Origin: Patescibacteria group bacterium
GTDB lineage: Bacteria > Patescibacteriota > Minisyncoccia > UBA6257 > JAAZHW01
Length of the DNA stretch: 64,000 bases
NCBI GenBank assembly: GCA_026415775.1
Contig: JAOAGL010000001.1
Location: 270,233 to 334,232 of the forward strand
Reading direction: 5' to 3'
Positions 38,670-48,919 of the stretch are shown here, in pieces (position 1 is the stretch's first letter; each line of letters starts with the position of its first letter). A model generated the notes under the pieces. It did not search any database, was not told the DNA's origin, and worked only from the letters and a program-made list of their open reading frames with translations. Both the position numbers and the translations under genes were made by a program.

Positions 38670-39398
38670 TTAACGCGCAATAGTAAGACCTATAATTTTT
38701 TTAGCTCCATTATTTTTTAAAATTTTTGCTGCTTCTTGGAGGGTGGCTCCTGATGTAAAAACATCATCAATAAGAATAATATTTTGTCCGTTTATTAATC
38801 CCGGGCTTCTTACTTCAAATATATTTTTAATATTTTTATAACGCTGCTCGTAATTTTCTATTTTGGCTTGCGGCGGGTTATCAACTTTGCGGATTAAAAT
38901 ATTGTCTAGTATTTTAAAATTAAATTGGTGGGCAAAAATTTTGGCAATTTCTTCGCTTTGATTAAAACCTCTTTCGCACAGTCTTTTTTTATGTAAAGGT
39001 ATTGGTATAACAATATAACCTCCCCAATCCTCCTCAATTGTTTTAGTCGTTTTGGTCCAAAAAACATTTAAAAAATTTGCCAATGTGAAAGCGATTTCTT
39101 TAATATATTGGTATTTAAATTGATGAATTAAATTTTTAATTACGGGGTGGTCATAGAATAATGCGGAGCCCAAAAAGTCGAGGTGTGATTTTTTGTTAGA
39201 ATGCAGACATTTTTTAAAATCAACCACTCTTCTGAAGCAAATGGGGCAAATAAAACCTGAGTTAATGACAATGCTATCCAAACAATTATCGCATAAATAA
39301 AGTTGTTTTGCGGCAGGAATAAAAGATTGGCAATTAACGCAATAAATAGGAAAAAGACAATCAAAAATAAAATTTTTGACAATTTTTATTTTCATCAT
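38670..39398 (-). CDS. comF: ComF family competence protein
   Basis: FP..CV.C double zinc ribbon, PIPL...RGFNQ, LIDDVFTSGAT. Confidence 0.94.
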   Translation of the reverse strand: MMKIKIVKNFIFDCLFPIYCVNCQSFIPAAKQLYLCDNCLDSIVINSGFICPICFRRVVDFKKCLHSNKKSHLDFLGSALFYDHPVIKNLIHQFKYQYIKEIAFTLANFLNVFWTKTTKTIEEDWGGYIVIPIPLHKKRLCERGFNQSEEIAKIFAHQFNFKILDNILIRKVDNPPQAKIENYEQRYKNIKNIFEVRSPGLINGQNIILIDDVFTSGATLQEAAKILKNNGAKKIIGLTIAR

Positions 39399-39407
39399 TG
39401 TGGATAA
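39399..39407 (-). promoter_or_regulatory. Consensus DnaA box abutting the comF start in the comF/pilM divergent region
   Basis: TGTGGATAA exact match. Confidence 0.45.
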
Positions 39408-39467
39408 TTTTATTTAATATTTTATAATTGTTTTTTATAATAAAAAAGAGATAAAAAATTTTCAATT

Positions 39468-40508
39468 ATGCGTGTTTTGGGTATTGATATCGGGACAACA
39501 AATATTAAGGCGGTAGAATTATCTGGCACAGTTGACCAGCCAATTTTAGAAAACTATGGCATTTTAGAAACTTACGGATATCTTGAACGCAATAACGCCA
39601 CAATTCAAAGCAATTATTTTAAATTGGTGGAAGATGTAACAATTGATTTAGTAAAAAAACTCTTTTTGGTTTTAAAACCCAAAACCAAAAGGGCTGTTTT
39701 CTCTTTGCCGGTTTTTTCCAGTTTCATAACCCAATTTGACTTACCCTTTACAGACAAAAAAGAAATTGCTACGGCTGTAACTTTCGAGGCAAAAAAATAT
39801 ATACCCGTGCCATTAGAAGAGTTGGAAATTAGTTGGATGTTGGTTGGTCAAACTACAGAAGGAACAAAAGAGAAAAGTAATATTGTATTGGTAGCCACAC
39901 CAAGAGAATTGGTTGAAAAATATAGGAGAATAGGACAGGCAGTAGGTCTGAATGTGTTGGGCTGGGAAGTCGAAGGCATTTCGTTAATTCGTTCACTAAT
40001 CAAGGGTGATAAAAGAAATACTTTGATTATTGATATGGGAACACAGATTACCAATTTTTTTATTGTTGAAAATGGTTTTTTAGTAAGTTATGAAACTTTA
40101 AATATTGGAGGCGCAGAAATCACTCATGTTATTAGTCGAAGTCTAGGCGTTAATAAAGAAAGAGCGGAGGAATTTAAAAAGATAAAAGGTTTTAAGGTGG
40201 ATCCTCAAGAAATGGGTGTCGTTAATATTTTAATGCCGATTGTGGATAACTTTGGCAATGAAATTTTAAGAATGATGGATATTTATCAGCAAAAGAATAA
40301 TAAAAAAATCGAACGCATTATTATTACTGGCGGAGGAGCTAATATGCCTGGTTTGGTGGAGTATTTTGAGGATTTTTTGAATACTTCCGTTGAAAAGGGT
40401 TGGCCGTTTCAGGATATAAAGTATGTTGATTTCTTAGAGCCTCTTTTGCGCGATGTGGCACCTTTTCTTTCTATTTCCACAGGGGCGGCGCTTAAGGGCT
40501 TGGAATAG
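39468..40508 (+). CDS. pilM: Type IV pilus assembly protein PilM
   Basis: GIDIG...IK.VEL, EA.KYIP, IDMG, ITGGGA; first gene of the pil cluster. Confidence 0.92.
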   Translation: MRVLGIDIGTTNIKAVELSGTVDQPILENYGILETYGYLERNNATIQSNYFKLVEDVTIDLVKKLFLVLKPKTKRAVFSLPVFSSFITQFDLPFTDKKEIATAVTFEAKKYIPVPLEELEISWMLVGQTTEGTKEKSNIVLVATPRELVEKYRRIGQAVGLNVLGWEVEGISLIRSLIKGDKRNTLIIDMGTQITNFFIVENGFLVSYETLNIGGAEITHVISRSLGVNKERAEEFKKIKGFKVDPQEMGVVNILMPIVDNFGNEILRMMDIYQQKNNKKIERIIITGGGANMPGLVEYFEDFLNTSVEKGWPFQDIKYVDFLEPLLRDVAPFLSISTGAALKGLE

Positions 40509-40536
40509 TCTGTAAAAAATATTATAATTTAAATAT

Positions 40537-41070
40537 ATGGCTGAGTTTCAAAATATAGATTTATACGCTAAAAAAAGATCTGGTGGATGGTTGGGTAGAT
40601 TATTAACCCTTTCAATAATTTTACTAATTATTTCTTTGGGGTTGTATTTTATTGCCGTATTTTATCAAAACTATCTAAATAAAAACATTAGTGATTTAAA
40701 CAATAAAATAAAATCTTTAAGCAATGAGATTTCCGAAACCGATAGAAGGGAAGTTCTAGGCTTTTATTCGCAATTAATAAATTTAAAAGCGCTGCTTAGT
40801 AATCATTTATATTCTTCCAAAATTTTTGAACGATTAGAATTGATTACTCATCCAAAAGTTGCCTTTTCCGCATTTTCTTATGATTATAAAAATAAAACTT
40901 TAAAAATAGATGGTTATTCAAATAATTTGGAGTTTTTGGCTCAACAAATGTTGGCATTTCAAAAAGTTTCCGAATTTAATAAGGTGAATTTATCCAACGT
41001 AAGAATAGCTGGTGATAAGGTCACTTTCGCTTTTGAAATTACTTTTAATCCCAATTTCGTTTTAAAATAA
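40537..41070 (+). CDS. pilN: PilN-like protein
   Basis: TM helix, coiled coil and ferredoxin-like domain; position after pilM. Confidence 0.65.
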   Translation: MAEFQNIDLYAKKRSGGWLGRLLTLSIILLIISLGLYFIAVFYQNYLNKNISDLNNKIKSLSNEISETDRREVLGFYSQLINLKALLSNHLYSSKIFERLELITHPKVAFSAFSYDYKNKTLKIDGYSNNLEFLAQQMLAFQKVSEFNKVNLSNVRIAGDKVTFAFEITFNPNFVLK

Positions 41071-41077
41071 TCAAACT

Positions 41078-41680
41078 ATGAAAGAAACAACAAAAAGAAA
41101 TTTTAGTTTAATACTGACAATCATATTCTTTTTAATATCCGTGATAACCTTCTTTAATTATACGTGGCCAAATTTACTTAAAGTTCTTGATTTAAATGAT
41201 AGTTTGAAGCTTGTTAAAGAAGAATATGCTCGTCAGAGCAAATCTTTACAGCTGGCGAAAGACATAATTAATCAGTATAAAAATTTATCAAACGTTAATC
41301 AAATGATTTCATTAACGCTCCCCAAAACCGACGAGCTTTTTAACGTTTTAGCACAATTGGATAAAATTTCTTCTGAAAGCGGAATATTAATCCAAAATAT
41401 CACCATTAAACCTCCTCTTCAAAGTGCAACATCCACGGCAACTGGTGTTGATGGTGGTAGTGCAAAAGCATCTTTAATTAACGCGGTTCAATCTGTTAAT
41501 GTTGATTTGTCTATGGTTGGCACATACGAATCTTTTAAAACTTGGTTAAATGCTATAGAAACTAATATAAGATTAATGGATGTTACCTCCATTAATTTTA
41601 CTGGCGTGGTTGCTTCGGAAAAAACAACAACTAATATTTTTAATTTCCGCGTCAATCTAAATTTTTATTATCAACCATAA
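41078..41680 (+). CDS. pilO: PilO-like protein
   Basis: TM helix, coiled coil, LP, GTY..F..WL..IE...RL.DV. Confidence 0.8.
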   Translation: MKETTKRNFSLILTIIFFLISVITFFNYTWPNLLKVLDLNDSLKLVKEEYARQSKSLQLAKDIINQYKNLSNVNQMISLTLPKTDELFNVLAQLDKISSESGILIQNITIKPPLQSATSTATGVDGGSAKASLINAVQSVNVDLSMVGTYESFKTWLNAIETNIRLMDVTSINFTGVVASEKTTTNIFNFRVNLNFYYQP

Positions 41681-41681
41681 T

Positions 41682-42044
41682 ATGGAAACAGTAGAGCAAA
41701 AACCAAAAACAAATATTTTCATCTACGTTATCATAGTTATTCTTATTGCTGCTATTGCTATAGTTTATTTTGTATTTTTTGCACCTGAAAAAATTGCAAA
41801 AAAACAGACAACTGTTACAACTGTTAATGTCGCAACCCAAGAGACTGGAGCGATTACATCACAAACAACAACCGCAATAAAAACTACTGGTACAACAACA
41901 GCGGATATAACTGGTGGATTAAGCAGTTTAAAATTAACACCAGAAGAGATTTTAAACAATCCAATTTTTCAATCTTTGCATTCCTATGCTGAACCGGTAG
42001 AATTGCCCAGCCTGGGTCGTCCTAATCCATTTATTCCATACTAA
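41682..42044 (+). CDS. Small membrane-anchored pilus accessory protein (PilP position)
   Basis: TM helix, Thr-rich linker, C-terminal GRPNPF. Confidence 0.6.
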   Translation: METVEQKPKTNIFIYVIIVILIAAIAIVYFVFFAPEKIAKKQTTVTTVNVATQETGAITSQTTTAIKTTGTTTADITGGLSSLKLTPEEILNNPIFQSLHSYAEPVELPSLGRPNPFIPY

Positions 42045-42051
42045 TTTTACA

Positions 42052-43812
42052 ATGATTCCAAATAAAAACTTTCTTGATTTATTGGTTAAAAATAACAAGA
42101 TAAACCAATCATTGGCTGATCGTTTATTAAAAGAAAGCCAAAATTTAAATCGCAATGTTGAAGATTTAATTTATGAACGCAATCTTATTTCTGATGAGGA
42201 AATAGCCAAAATTAAAAGCGAGTACTATAAAATTCCTTTAAAGACATTTACAAAAGAAGAAATAGTACCTAATGAAGTTTTGAATATTATCCCCGAGGAG
42301 GTTTCTCGAACCCACAAGATTGTTGCTTTTAAAAAAGAAAAGGATACTTTGTATGTCGGTATGCTTTATCCTGATGATACTAAGGCACAGGATATCTTGA
42401 AATTTATTGCTAAACAGAAAAAATTGAATATCGCCATTTATCTTGTTGCAAAGAGCGATTTAGAAAATTTGTGGAAAAATTATCGGTCATTTGCTACTCG
42501 CTTAAAAGAAATTCAAGATAGTGTAGAAATATTTAAACGCCAAGCAAAAGCAACCCACCAATTATATCAACAAAGAATTATTAGAATTGATGAAGCTAGT
42601 GGGGTGATTGCTGAAGAGGCGCCTGTGATTAAAATTGTTTCAACTGTTTTGGAAGAAGCGGTTAATGCCGATGCTTCTGATATACATATCGAACCGATGC
42701 GAAACAGATTAAGAGTGCGTTTCAGATTGGATGGCGACTTAAAAGAAATTATGAGCTTGCCCTTGGAATTGCAACCCGCCATTGTCGCTCGCATTAAAAT
42801 TTTGTCTGATTTAAAAATTGACGAAACACGCGTGCCTCAAGATGGACGATTCCGAACATTGCTAGACAATAAAGAAATTGATTTTCGTGTTTCAACTTTG
42901 CCAACTGCGTTGGGTGAAAAAGTGGCCATTCGTATTTTAAATCCTTATATCGGATTAAAAACAATTGAAGGGCTGGGTGTAAAAGACTACCATCAAAAGC
43001 TGATTCTAGAGGGAATTGAAAAGCCTTTTGGTATGATTCTTGTTACTGGTCCAACGGGTTCTGGTAAGACAACAACGTTATACGCTGTTCTCCAAAAATT
43101 AAATCAAGAAGACATCAATATTGTTAGTTTAGAAGATCCGGTAGAGTACTTTATTGAAGGATTAAATCAGTCTCAAGTTAAACCAGAAATTGGTTATAAT
43201 TTTGCTTCGGGGTTAAGACAGATTGTGCGTCAAGACCCTGATGTAATAATGGTTGGTGAGATTCGCGATAATGAAACGGCTGAATTAGCTGTGCACGCTG
43301 CCCTTACTGGTCATCTAGTGCTTTCGACGTTGCATACTAATAATGCTATTGGAGTTATTCCGCGATTAATTGATATGAAAATTGAGCCTTATTTGTTGCC
43401 AGCATCGCTTATTTTAATGGTTGCTCAGCGATTGGTTGGGAAGTTGTGTGATAATTGTAAACAAAAAGTTGAAGCCACAGGAATTTTAAAAGAAGAAATT
43501 GAAAAAACAATTGATTCACTGCCTTCGGAATTGAAAAAGAAATACAAAAAAGAAAAATACGAAATTTACTTACCACAGGGTTGTAAAGAATGTAATTTTA
43601 AGGGAGTGAAAGGCCGTATTCCCATTTTTGAAATTTTAAAAATGACACCGTCTTTAGAGCAGGTGATTTTAACTAATCCATCAGAAGCTAATCTCAAAGC
43701 CGAGGCGGAAAGGCAGGGAATGGTTACTTTGCGACAAGATGGCATTATCAAAGCTTTAGAAGGCATTGTTTCGGTTGATGAGGTTCTTAAAGAAACAGTG
43801 AAATTGGAATAA
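42052..43812 (+). CDS. pilB: Type IV pilus assembly ATPase PilB
   Basis: ASDIHIEP, PQDGRF, GPTGSGKTTT, RQDPD, TGHLVLSTLHTN, tetra-Cys motif. Confidence 0.95.
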   Translation: MIPNKNFLDLLVKNNKINQSLADRLLKESQNLNRNVEDLIYERNLISDEEIAKIKSEYYKIPLKTFTKEEIVPNEVLNIIPEEVSRTHKIVAFKKEKDTLYVGMLYPDDTKAQDILKFIAKQKKLNIAIYLVAKSDLENLWKNYRSFATRLKEIQDSVEIFKRQAKATHQLYQQRIIRIDEASGVIAEEAPVIKIVSTVLEEAVNADASDIHIEPMRNRLRVRFRLDGDLKEIMSLPLELQPAIVARIKILSDLKIDETRVPQDGRFRTLLDNKEIDFRVSTLPTALGEKVAIRILNPYIGLKTIEGLGVKDYHQKLILEGIEKPFGMILVTGPTGSGKTTTLYAVLQKLNQEDINIVSLEDPVEYFIEGLNQSQVKPEIGYNFASGLRQIVRQDPDVIMVGEIRDNETAELAVHAALTGHLVLSTLHTNNAIGVIPRLIDMKIEPYLLPASLILMVAQRLVGKLCDNCKQKVEATGILKEEIEKTIDSLPSELKKKYKKEKYEIYLPQGCKECNFKGVKGRIPIFEILKMTPSLEQVILTNPSEANLKAEAERQGMVTLRQDGIIKALEGIVSVDEVLKETVKLE

Positions 43813-43848
43813 AATTGGTTTATAATATAAAATAAAATAGAAAAACAT

Positions 43849-44922
43849 ATGGATTTATTTTATAAAGACAAATTAGAACAACTTTTAATGCTTACAGCGC
43901 AAGAAAGCGCTTCTGATTTGCATTTTTCGGTTGGCCGCAAACCAACTTTAAGAATTGATGGACGATTAGTTCCTATTGTTAAAGAGGAAGTTTACACAAA
44001 GGATATTGTGGCTGGTTTAGTTGATGCTCTTCTTCCAGCAGAAAAAAAAGAAGAATTTCTTAAAAATAGAGAAGTTGATTTTTCTTATACTTTATCCGAT
44101 AAAGCGCGTTTTCGTGTTAATGTTTATTTTCAAAGAGGCAATATGGCCGCCTCATTAAGATTTATTCCTTATAAAATTAGAACCATTGAAGAATTAAATT
44201 TGCCGCCAGTATTGCATGATTTTACTAAATATACTCAGGGATTTGTATTGGTGGTTGGTCCAGCAGGGCATGGCAAATCAACAACTCTTGCTGCCTTAAT
44301 TGATGAAATTAATCATAAAAGAACCACGCATATTATTACAATTGAAGATCCAATAGAATATGTTTTTATTCAGGATAGATCAATTATTGACCAAAGAGAA
44401 GTTTTTAGCGACACTCTGAGTTTTCATCGCGCTTTGCGTTCAGTTTTGCGACAAGATCCGGATGTAATTATGGTCGGTGAAATGCGCGACCCAGAAACAA
44501 TTCAAACTGCTATTACAGCCGCTGAAACTGGGCATTTGGTTTTTTCAACTCTTCATACTAATTCTGCTTCCCAGACAATTGATCGTATTATTGATAGTTT
44601 TCCAGCTTCACAACAAGCCCAAATCAGAACCCAGCTAGCTTCAACGTTAGTAGGTATTGTTTCTCAAAGATTAGTGCCGCGGTTAAATGGTGGTCGCGTG
44701 CCTGCTTGCGAGGTTATGATAACAAATTCTGCCATTCGCAATTTAATTAGAGATGATAAAGTTTATCAAATTGATTTAGTTATTGAAACTAGCATCCAAG
44801 AAAAAATGATTTCTTTAAATCGTTCGTTGGCAAATCTTGTAAAACAAAGCGAAATTTCTTTAGAAACAGCCCAATCGTATTCATTAAATCCGGCCGAATT
44901 AGCAAATCTTTTGGCTCGATAA
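43849..44922 (+). CDS. pilT: Type IV pilus retraction ATPase PilT
   Basis: ASDLH, RFRVN, GPAGHGKSTT, AAETGHLVFSTLHT, AIRNLIR. Confidence 0.96.
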   Translation: MDLFYKDKLEQLLMLTAQESASDLHFSVGRKPTLRIDGRLVPIVKEEVYTKDIVAGLVDALLPAEKKEEFLKNREVDFSYTLSDKARFRVNVYFQRGNMAASLRFIPYKIRTIEELNLPPVLHDFTKYTQGFVLVVGPAGHGKSTTLAALIDEINHKRTTHIITIEDPIEYVFIQDRSIIDQREVFSDTLSFHRALRSVLRQDPDVIMVGEMRDPETIQTAITAAETGHLVFSTLHTNSASQTIDRIIDSFPASQQAQIRTQLASTLVGIVSQRLVPRLNGGRVPACEVMITNSAIRNLIRDDKVYQIDLVIETSIQEKMISLNRSLANLVKQSEISLETAQSYSLNPAELANLLAR

Positions 44923-44925
44923 AAT

Positions 44926-46137
44926 ATGGCTAAATTTAGATATACGGGTAGAAATGAATTAGGAGAAATTCAAAGCGGCGTTGTTGAAGCTGGCAATCGT
45001 GATTTGGCAATTCGAGTTTTGCAAGATAATAAAATTTACGTTCTGTCTCTTGAATCTTTGGAGAAAAAAGGATTTTTTGAAAATTTACTTAGAAGTTTTC
45101 AAAAAGTAAAAATCAAAAATCTGATGATTTTTACAAGGCAATTAAGCACTTTGCTTTCAGCTAAAGTTCAATTAATTGATGCTCTAAAAACTTTATACAA
45201 TCAAATAAATGACCCAATTTTAAGGGACGCTGTTTTTGATGTTTTTACTGATGTTGAAGGGGGGTTATATCTTTCCCAAGCCCTATCAAAACACCCCAGA
45301 GTTTTTTCTGATTTTTATATTAATATGATTAAATCCGCAGAATTATCAGGTCGATTGGAAGAAACATTAAATTATCTGGCTGATTATCTAGAAAAAGAGA
45401 ATAAATTAACCAGCAGATTTAGAAATGCTTTAATATACCCAATATTTATTTTAGTGGTTTTTTTGGCTGTTTTAATTTTGGTGGTTACCGTTGTGATTCC
45501 GCAATTAAAAAGCGTTTTTGTTGAAGCAGATGTAAAATTACCATTTCTCACGAGGTTTTTATTAAACATCGGTGATTTTATTTTAAATTGGGGTGTGGGG
45601 TTGATTATCTTTTTTGGCGCAGTTATTATCTTGCTTGTTAGATATATTAGAACAGAAGAGGGAAGGAGGTTTTGGCAGCAAACCACCCTTTCTATTCCTA
45701 TTTTAGGAGGCATTGTTAAAAAAGTTGCCTTGAGTCGCTTCTCTTCATCTTGTAGCGCTTTGATTAAAGGCGGTTTGCCAATTGCTAATTCTTTAGAAAT
45801 TGCTGGTAAAATTACAACAAACATTGTTTATGAAAAAATTCTTGCAAATACCGCTGAGGCCATTCGAACAGGTTCTTCCATTTCTCAATATCTTGCTCAA
45901 TATCCCGATTATTTTCCGCCAATGGTGATTCAAATGATTTCGGTTGGTGAATCCTCGGGGCGAGTAGAAGATTTATTAATGCGAGTGGCGGATTTTTATA
46001 GCAATGAAGTAGATCAGACAGTAAGCAATATAGCGGAAATTATTCAACCTATTCTAATTATTGCCTTGGGCGTTTTTATGGGCTTATTTATTGCCGCTGT
46101 GCTTTTGCCAATATATAATTTAGCCCAGGTCTTTTAA
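44926..46137 (+). CDS. pilC: Type IV pilus platform protein PilC (GspF family)
   Basis: FTRQL, E.SG.L, ALIYP, VGE.SG, LPIY. Confidence 0.94.
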   Translation: MAKFRYTGRNELGEIQSGVVEAGNRDLAIRVLQDNKIYVLSLESLEKKGFFENLLRSFQKVKIKNLMIFTRQLSTLLSAKVQLIDALKTLYNQINDPILRDAVFDVFTDVEGGLYLSQALSKHPRVFSDFYINMIKSAELSGRLEETLNYLADYLEKENKLTSRFRNALIYPIFILVVFLAVLILVVTVVIPQLKSVFVEADVKLPFLTRFLLNIGDFILNWGVGLIIFFGAVIILLVRYIRTEEGRRFWQQTTLSIPILGGIVKKVALSRFSSSCSALIKGGLPIANSLEIAGKITTNIVYEKILANTAEAIRTGSSISQYLAQYPDYFPPMVIQMISVGESSGRVEDLLMRVADFYSNEVDQTVSNIAEIIQPILIIALGVFMGLFIAAVLLPIYNLAQVF

Positions 46138-46195
46138 ATTTGATTTTAATATTTTAAAATATATAAAAGGTCGATTTATCAAAAAATAAATAAAA

Positions 46196-46657
46196 ATGCG
46201 TAATAAAAACAAAGGTTTTACTTTAATTGAAATGCTCGTCGTTATTGCGGTAATTGGTTTGTTGGCCGCGTTAATTTTGGTTGGTTTGTCCAGTTTTAGA
46301 ACCCGCGGTCGAGATACTAGAAGAATTGCTGATTTAAAAGAGGTGCAGAATGGTTTGGAAGTATATTATATGAAAAATGGTAATTATCCAAATGTTAATA
46401 CTTGGAGCGCATTAGAAACGGCGTTAGTTGGTGCTGGTATCGGAATCACAAGCATTCCTAAAGATCCAACAGCCACTTATAATTATGTGTATGGTGTTGA
46501 TGCAACTCAGCAACACTATGTAATTGGCGCAACAATTGAAGATGCAGCAGGTAACCAATCTTTATTGGCTAATGATATAGATGGTAACCCTGTTAATTTG
46601 GCGGGTGTTACTATTAATGTTAATTGTGAGGATCCTGTTTATTGTGTAGGAATGTAA
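46196..46657 (+). CDS. Type IV pilin
   Basis: KG|FTLIEMLVVIAVIGLLAA, RD.RR.ADL, YP, P.DP. Confidence 0.93.
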   Translation: MRNKNKGFTLIEMLVVIAVIGLLAALILVGLSSFRTRGRDTRRIADLKEVQNGLEVYYMKNGNYPNVNTWSALETALVGAGIGITSIPKDPTATYNYVYGVDATQQHYVIGATIEDAAGNQSLLANDIDGNPVNLAGVTINVNCEDPVYCVGM

Positions 46658-46662
46658 GATTT

Positions 46663-47574
46663 ATGGTTGGTGGTTTGTGTTTGATTGTGATTTTAATCGG
46701 GTTGGGAGTGGGGAGTTTTATTAATGTAATAACAACTCGCTTCCAGCCCGATTCTTATATTAAATTTTCTCAATTAGTCAGCGGTCGATCCCGCTGTCCT
46801 TTTTGTTTGCATCAATTAAGGTGGTATGATTTAATACCAATTTTTAGTTTTGTTTTTTTAAAAGGCCGATGTCGCTATTGTAAAAATAGAATTTCTTGGC
46901 AGTATCCTCTTGTTGAAATTATAACGGCTTTAATTTTTTTGGGTTTGTTTTTGAAAATTTATAATTTAACACCAGTGCGATTAGCTTTGGCGCAACACAT
47001 TTATTTTTGGCCGATTGTTTTGTTTTTTTTCTTTGCTATTTATTTAGCAATTCTGATTATTTTATCAATAATCGATTTTAAATATTATCTTTTGCCTGAT
47101 AATTATATTATTTTTGGTGTAGCGCTTGCTGTTTTAATGATTATTTCCTTTTATTTTATCAGTCAAAATCCAAATAACTATTTCTTTAATTGTGGCATTA
47201 ATTTCTTAGGTTCTTACATTGATTATTTTAATTGTCGGATTCCTTTTTTGTTGTCGCCGATTTTAGGGGCAATTTTAATAAGTGGCTTTTTGTTTTTAAT
47301 TTATTTCTTTAGTCGCGGCAAGGGGATGGGTTTTGGTGATGTAAAATTAGGTATTTTTATTGGATTAATCTTGGGTTTTACTAATAGCATTATAGCCCTA
47401 GCTTTAGCCTTTATTTTCGGTTCAATTGCTGGTATAATACTTCTAGTAGCCAAAAAAAGGACTTTAAAATCAATGGTGCCATTTGGTCCTTTTTTGGCGC
47501 TTGGTGTTTTAATAACTATTTTTTGGGGTTCAAATTTAGTAGATTTATATTTGTCTCTTTTTAATATTTTTTAA
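46663..47574 (+). CDS. pilD: Prepilin peptidase
   Basis: GSFINV, RS.CP.C...GRCRYC, ID...LPD, MGFGDVKL, PFGPFL. Confidence 0.95.
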   Translation: MVGGLCLIVILIGLGVGSFINVITTRFQPDSYIKFSQLVSGRSRCPFCLHQLRWYDLIPIFSFVFLKGRCRYCKNRISWQYPLVEIITALIFLGLFLKIYNLTPVRLALAQHIYFWPIVLFFFFAIYLAILIILSIIDFKYYLLPDNYIIFGVALAVLMIISFYFISQNPNNYFFNCGINFLGSYIDYFNCRIPFLLSPILGAILISGFLFLIYFFSRGKGMGFGDVKLGIFIGLILGFTNSIIALALAFIFGSIAGIILLVAKKRTLKSMVPFGPFLALGVLITIFWGSNLVDLYLSLFNIF

Positions 47575-47579
47575 AAAAT

Positions 47580-48047
47580 ATGCGAGATATACCTATTTCA
47601 AATTCTTTATATTGGGGAGCAATTTCTTTTATGGCTGTTATTTTTGTGGCAACCGTTATTTTAAATAGCTACCTCTTTATGCTTGATAATCAATTAACCC
47701 AACAGGTTTATCTTTCACGAATTGAAGCGAATAAGGCGCGATTAATTCTACAGTATGACAGTAGAAATAAAAGAATTTTTGAGGGAGATGTGGTAATGGG
47801 ACGACTAAGTTTATATGATGCTCTTGTTTTATCATCGCGGGCGGGCAATTTGCAAATTGAATTTTCTAAATTACCAGATGGGAGAATCCATCTTTCTAAA
47901 ATCGAAAACTTCGCCAACAACGAAAGGCATTATTGGGAAATGAAAATACCAAATTTCAACTGGTCAAAACCGCTGAATGAGCCTGATATTGATTTAGCCA
48001 AAATTTTTATTAATGGCGGTACGACAGTCTATCTTATTTATAGATAA
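47580..48047 (+). CDS. Hypothetical membrane-anchored protein (possibly DUF4430-like)
   Basis: N-terminal TM helix; SLYDAL...I....N....YW pattern. Confidence 0.55.
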   Translation: MRDIPISNSLYWGAISFMAVIFVATVILNSYLFMLDNQLTQQVYLSRIEANKARLILQYDSRNKRIFEGDVVMGRLSLYDALVLSSRAGNLQIEFSKLPDGRIHLSKIENFANNERHYWEMKIPNFNWSKPLNEPDIDLAKIFINGGTTVYLIYR

Positions 48048-48052
48048 AAATT

Positions 48053-48874
48053 GTGGAAATTATCAATGGAAAAAATTTAGCTCAAGAAGTTTTAGATGAG
48101 TTAAAAAATTTTTTTCTACATTGCAAAATAGCTGTGGCGGTTATTTCTATTGGTAATAAAGAAGAAAATACGAGTTTTATTAAACAAAAACAAAAAGCCG
48201 CCGCTTATTTGGGAATAGAATTTTTTCATTTCCATTTTGATAAAAATCTTTCCAATAAAACTATTAGAAAAAAAATCAATGAAATTAGTAGAAAGAATTT
48301 TATAAAAGGGATTATTTTGCAGTTGCCATTGTCGGAAAAATTTAATACCAATGCTTTGGCCAATATAATTCCGATTAATAAAGACCCCGATGTCTTAAAC
48401 GAACGCCATTTTGGTCAATTTTGTTTGGGAAGGAGTAAAATTCTGCCGCCAGCAGTTGAAAGTTTAAAATTTATTTTCGAAAAATATAAAGTTGATTTTC
48501 AAAAGAAAAAAATTGGTGTTGTTGGCTTGGGACGATTAATTGGCTTTCCAATTGCTATTTGGTTATTAAGACAAAAATGCACGGTTTTTTGTGTTGATAT
48601 TAATACGGAAAATCCACAAGAAATTATTAAAAATTGCGATATTGTTATTAGCGGTGTTGGTAAAGCCAATCTAATTGATGAGAGATGGATTAAGAATGAA
48701 GCGATAGTGATTGACTTTGGTTTTGAGAAACAACAAGATACAATAAGTGGTGATGTTAATTTTGATTCAATAAAAAACAGAGTTTCTTTGATAACTCCGA
48801 CACCGGGTGGAATGGGTCCGATTTTGGTGACAATGATTTACAAAAATTTAAAGACATTAATAATGGATAAATAA
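48053..48874 (+). CDS. folD: Methylenetetrahydrofolate dehydrogenase/cyclohydrolase
   Basis: IINGK, GIILQLPL, KDPD, VVG...LIG.P, TPTPGGMGP. Confidence 0.92.
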   Translation: MEIINGKNLAQEVLDELKNFFLHCKIAVAVISIGNKEENTSFIKQKQKAAAYLGIEFFHFHFDKNLSNKTIRKKINEISRKNFIKGIILQLPLSEKFNTNALANIIPINKDPDVLNERHFGQFCLGRSKILPPAVESLKFIFEKYKVDFQKKKIGVVGLGRLIGFPIAIWLLRQKCTVFCVDINTENPQEIIKNCDIVISGVGKANLIDERWIKNEAIVIDFGFEKQQDTISGDVNFDSIKNRVSLITPTPGGMGPILVTMIYKNLKTLIMDK

Positions 48875-48919
48875 GGCTTGTTTTTTTCGTGGAAGAAATT
48901 AAAATTAGGTTGATTAAGT

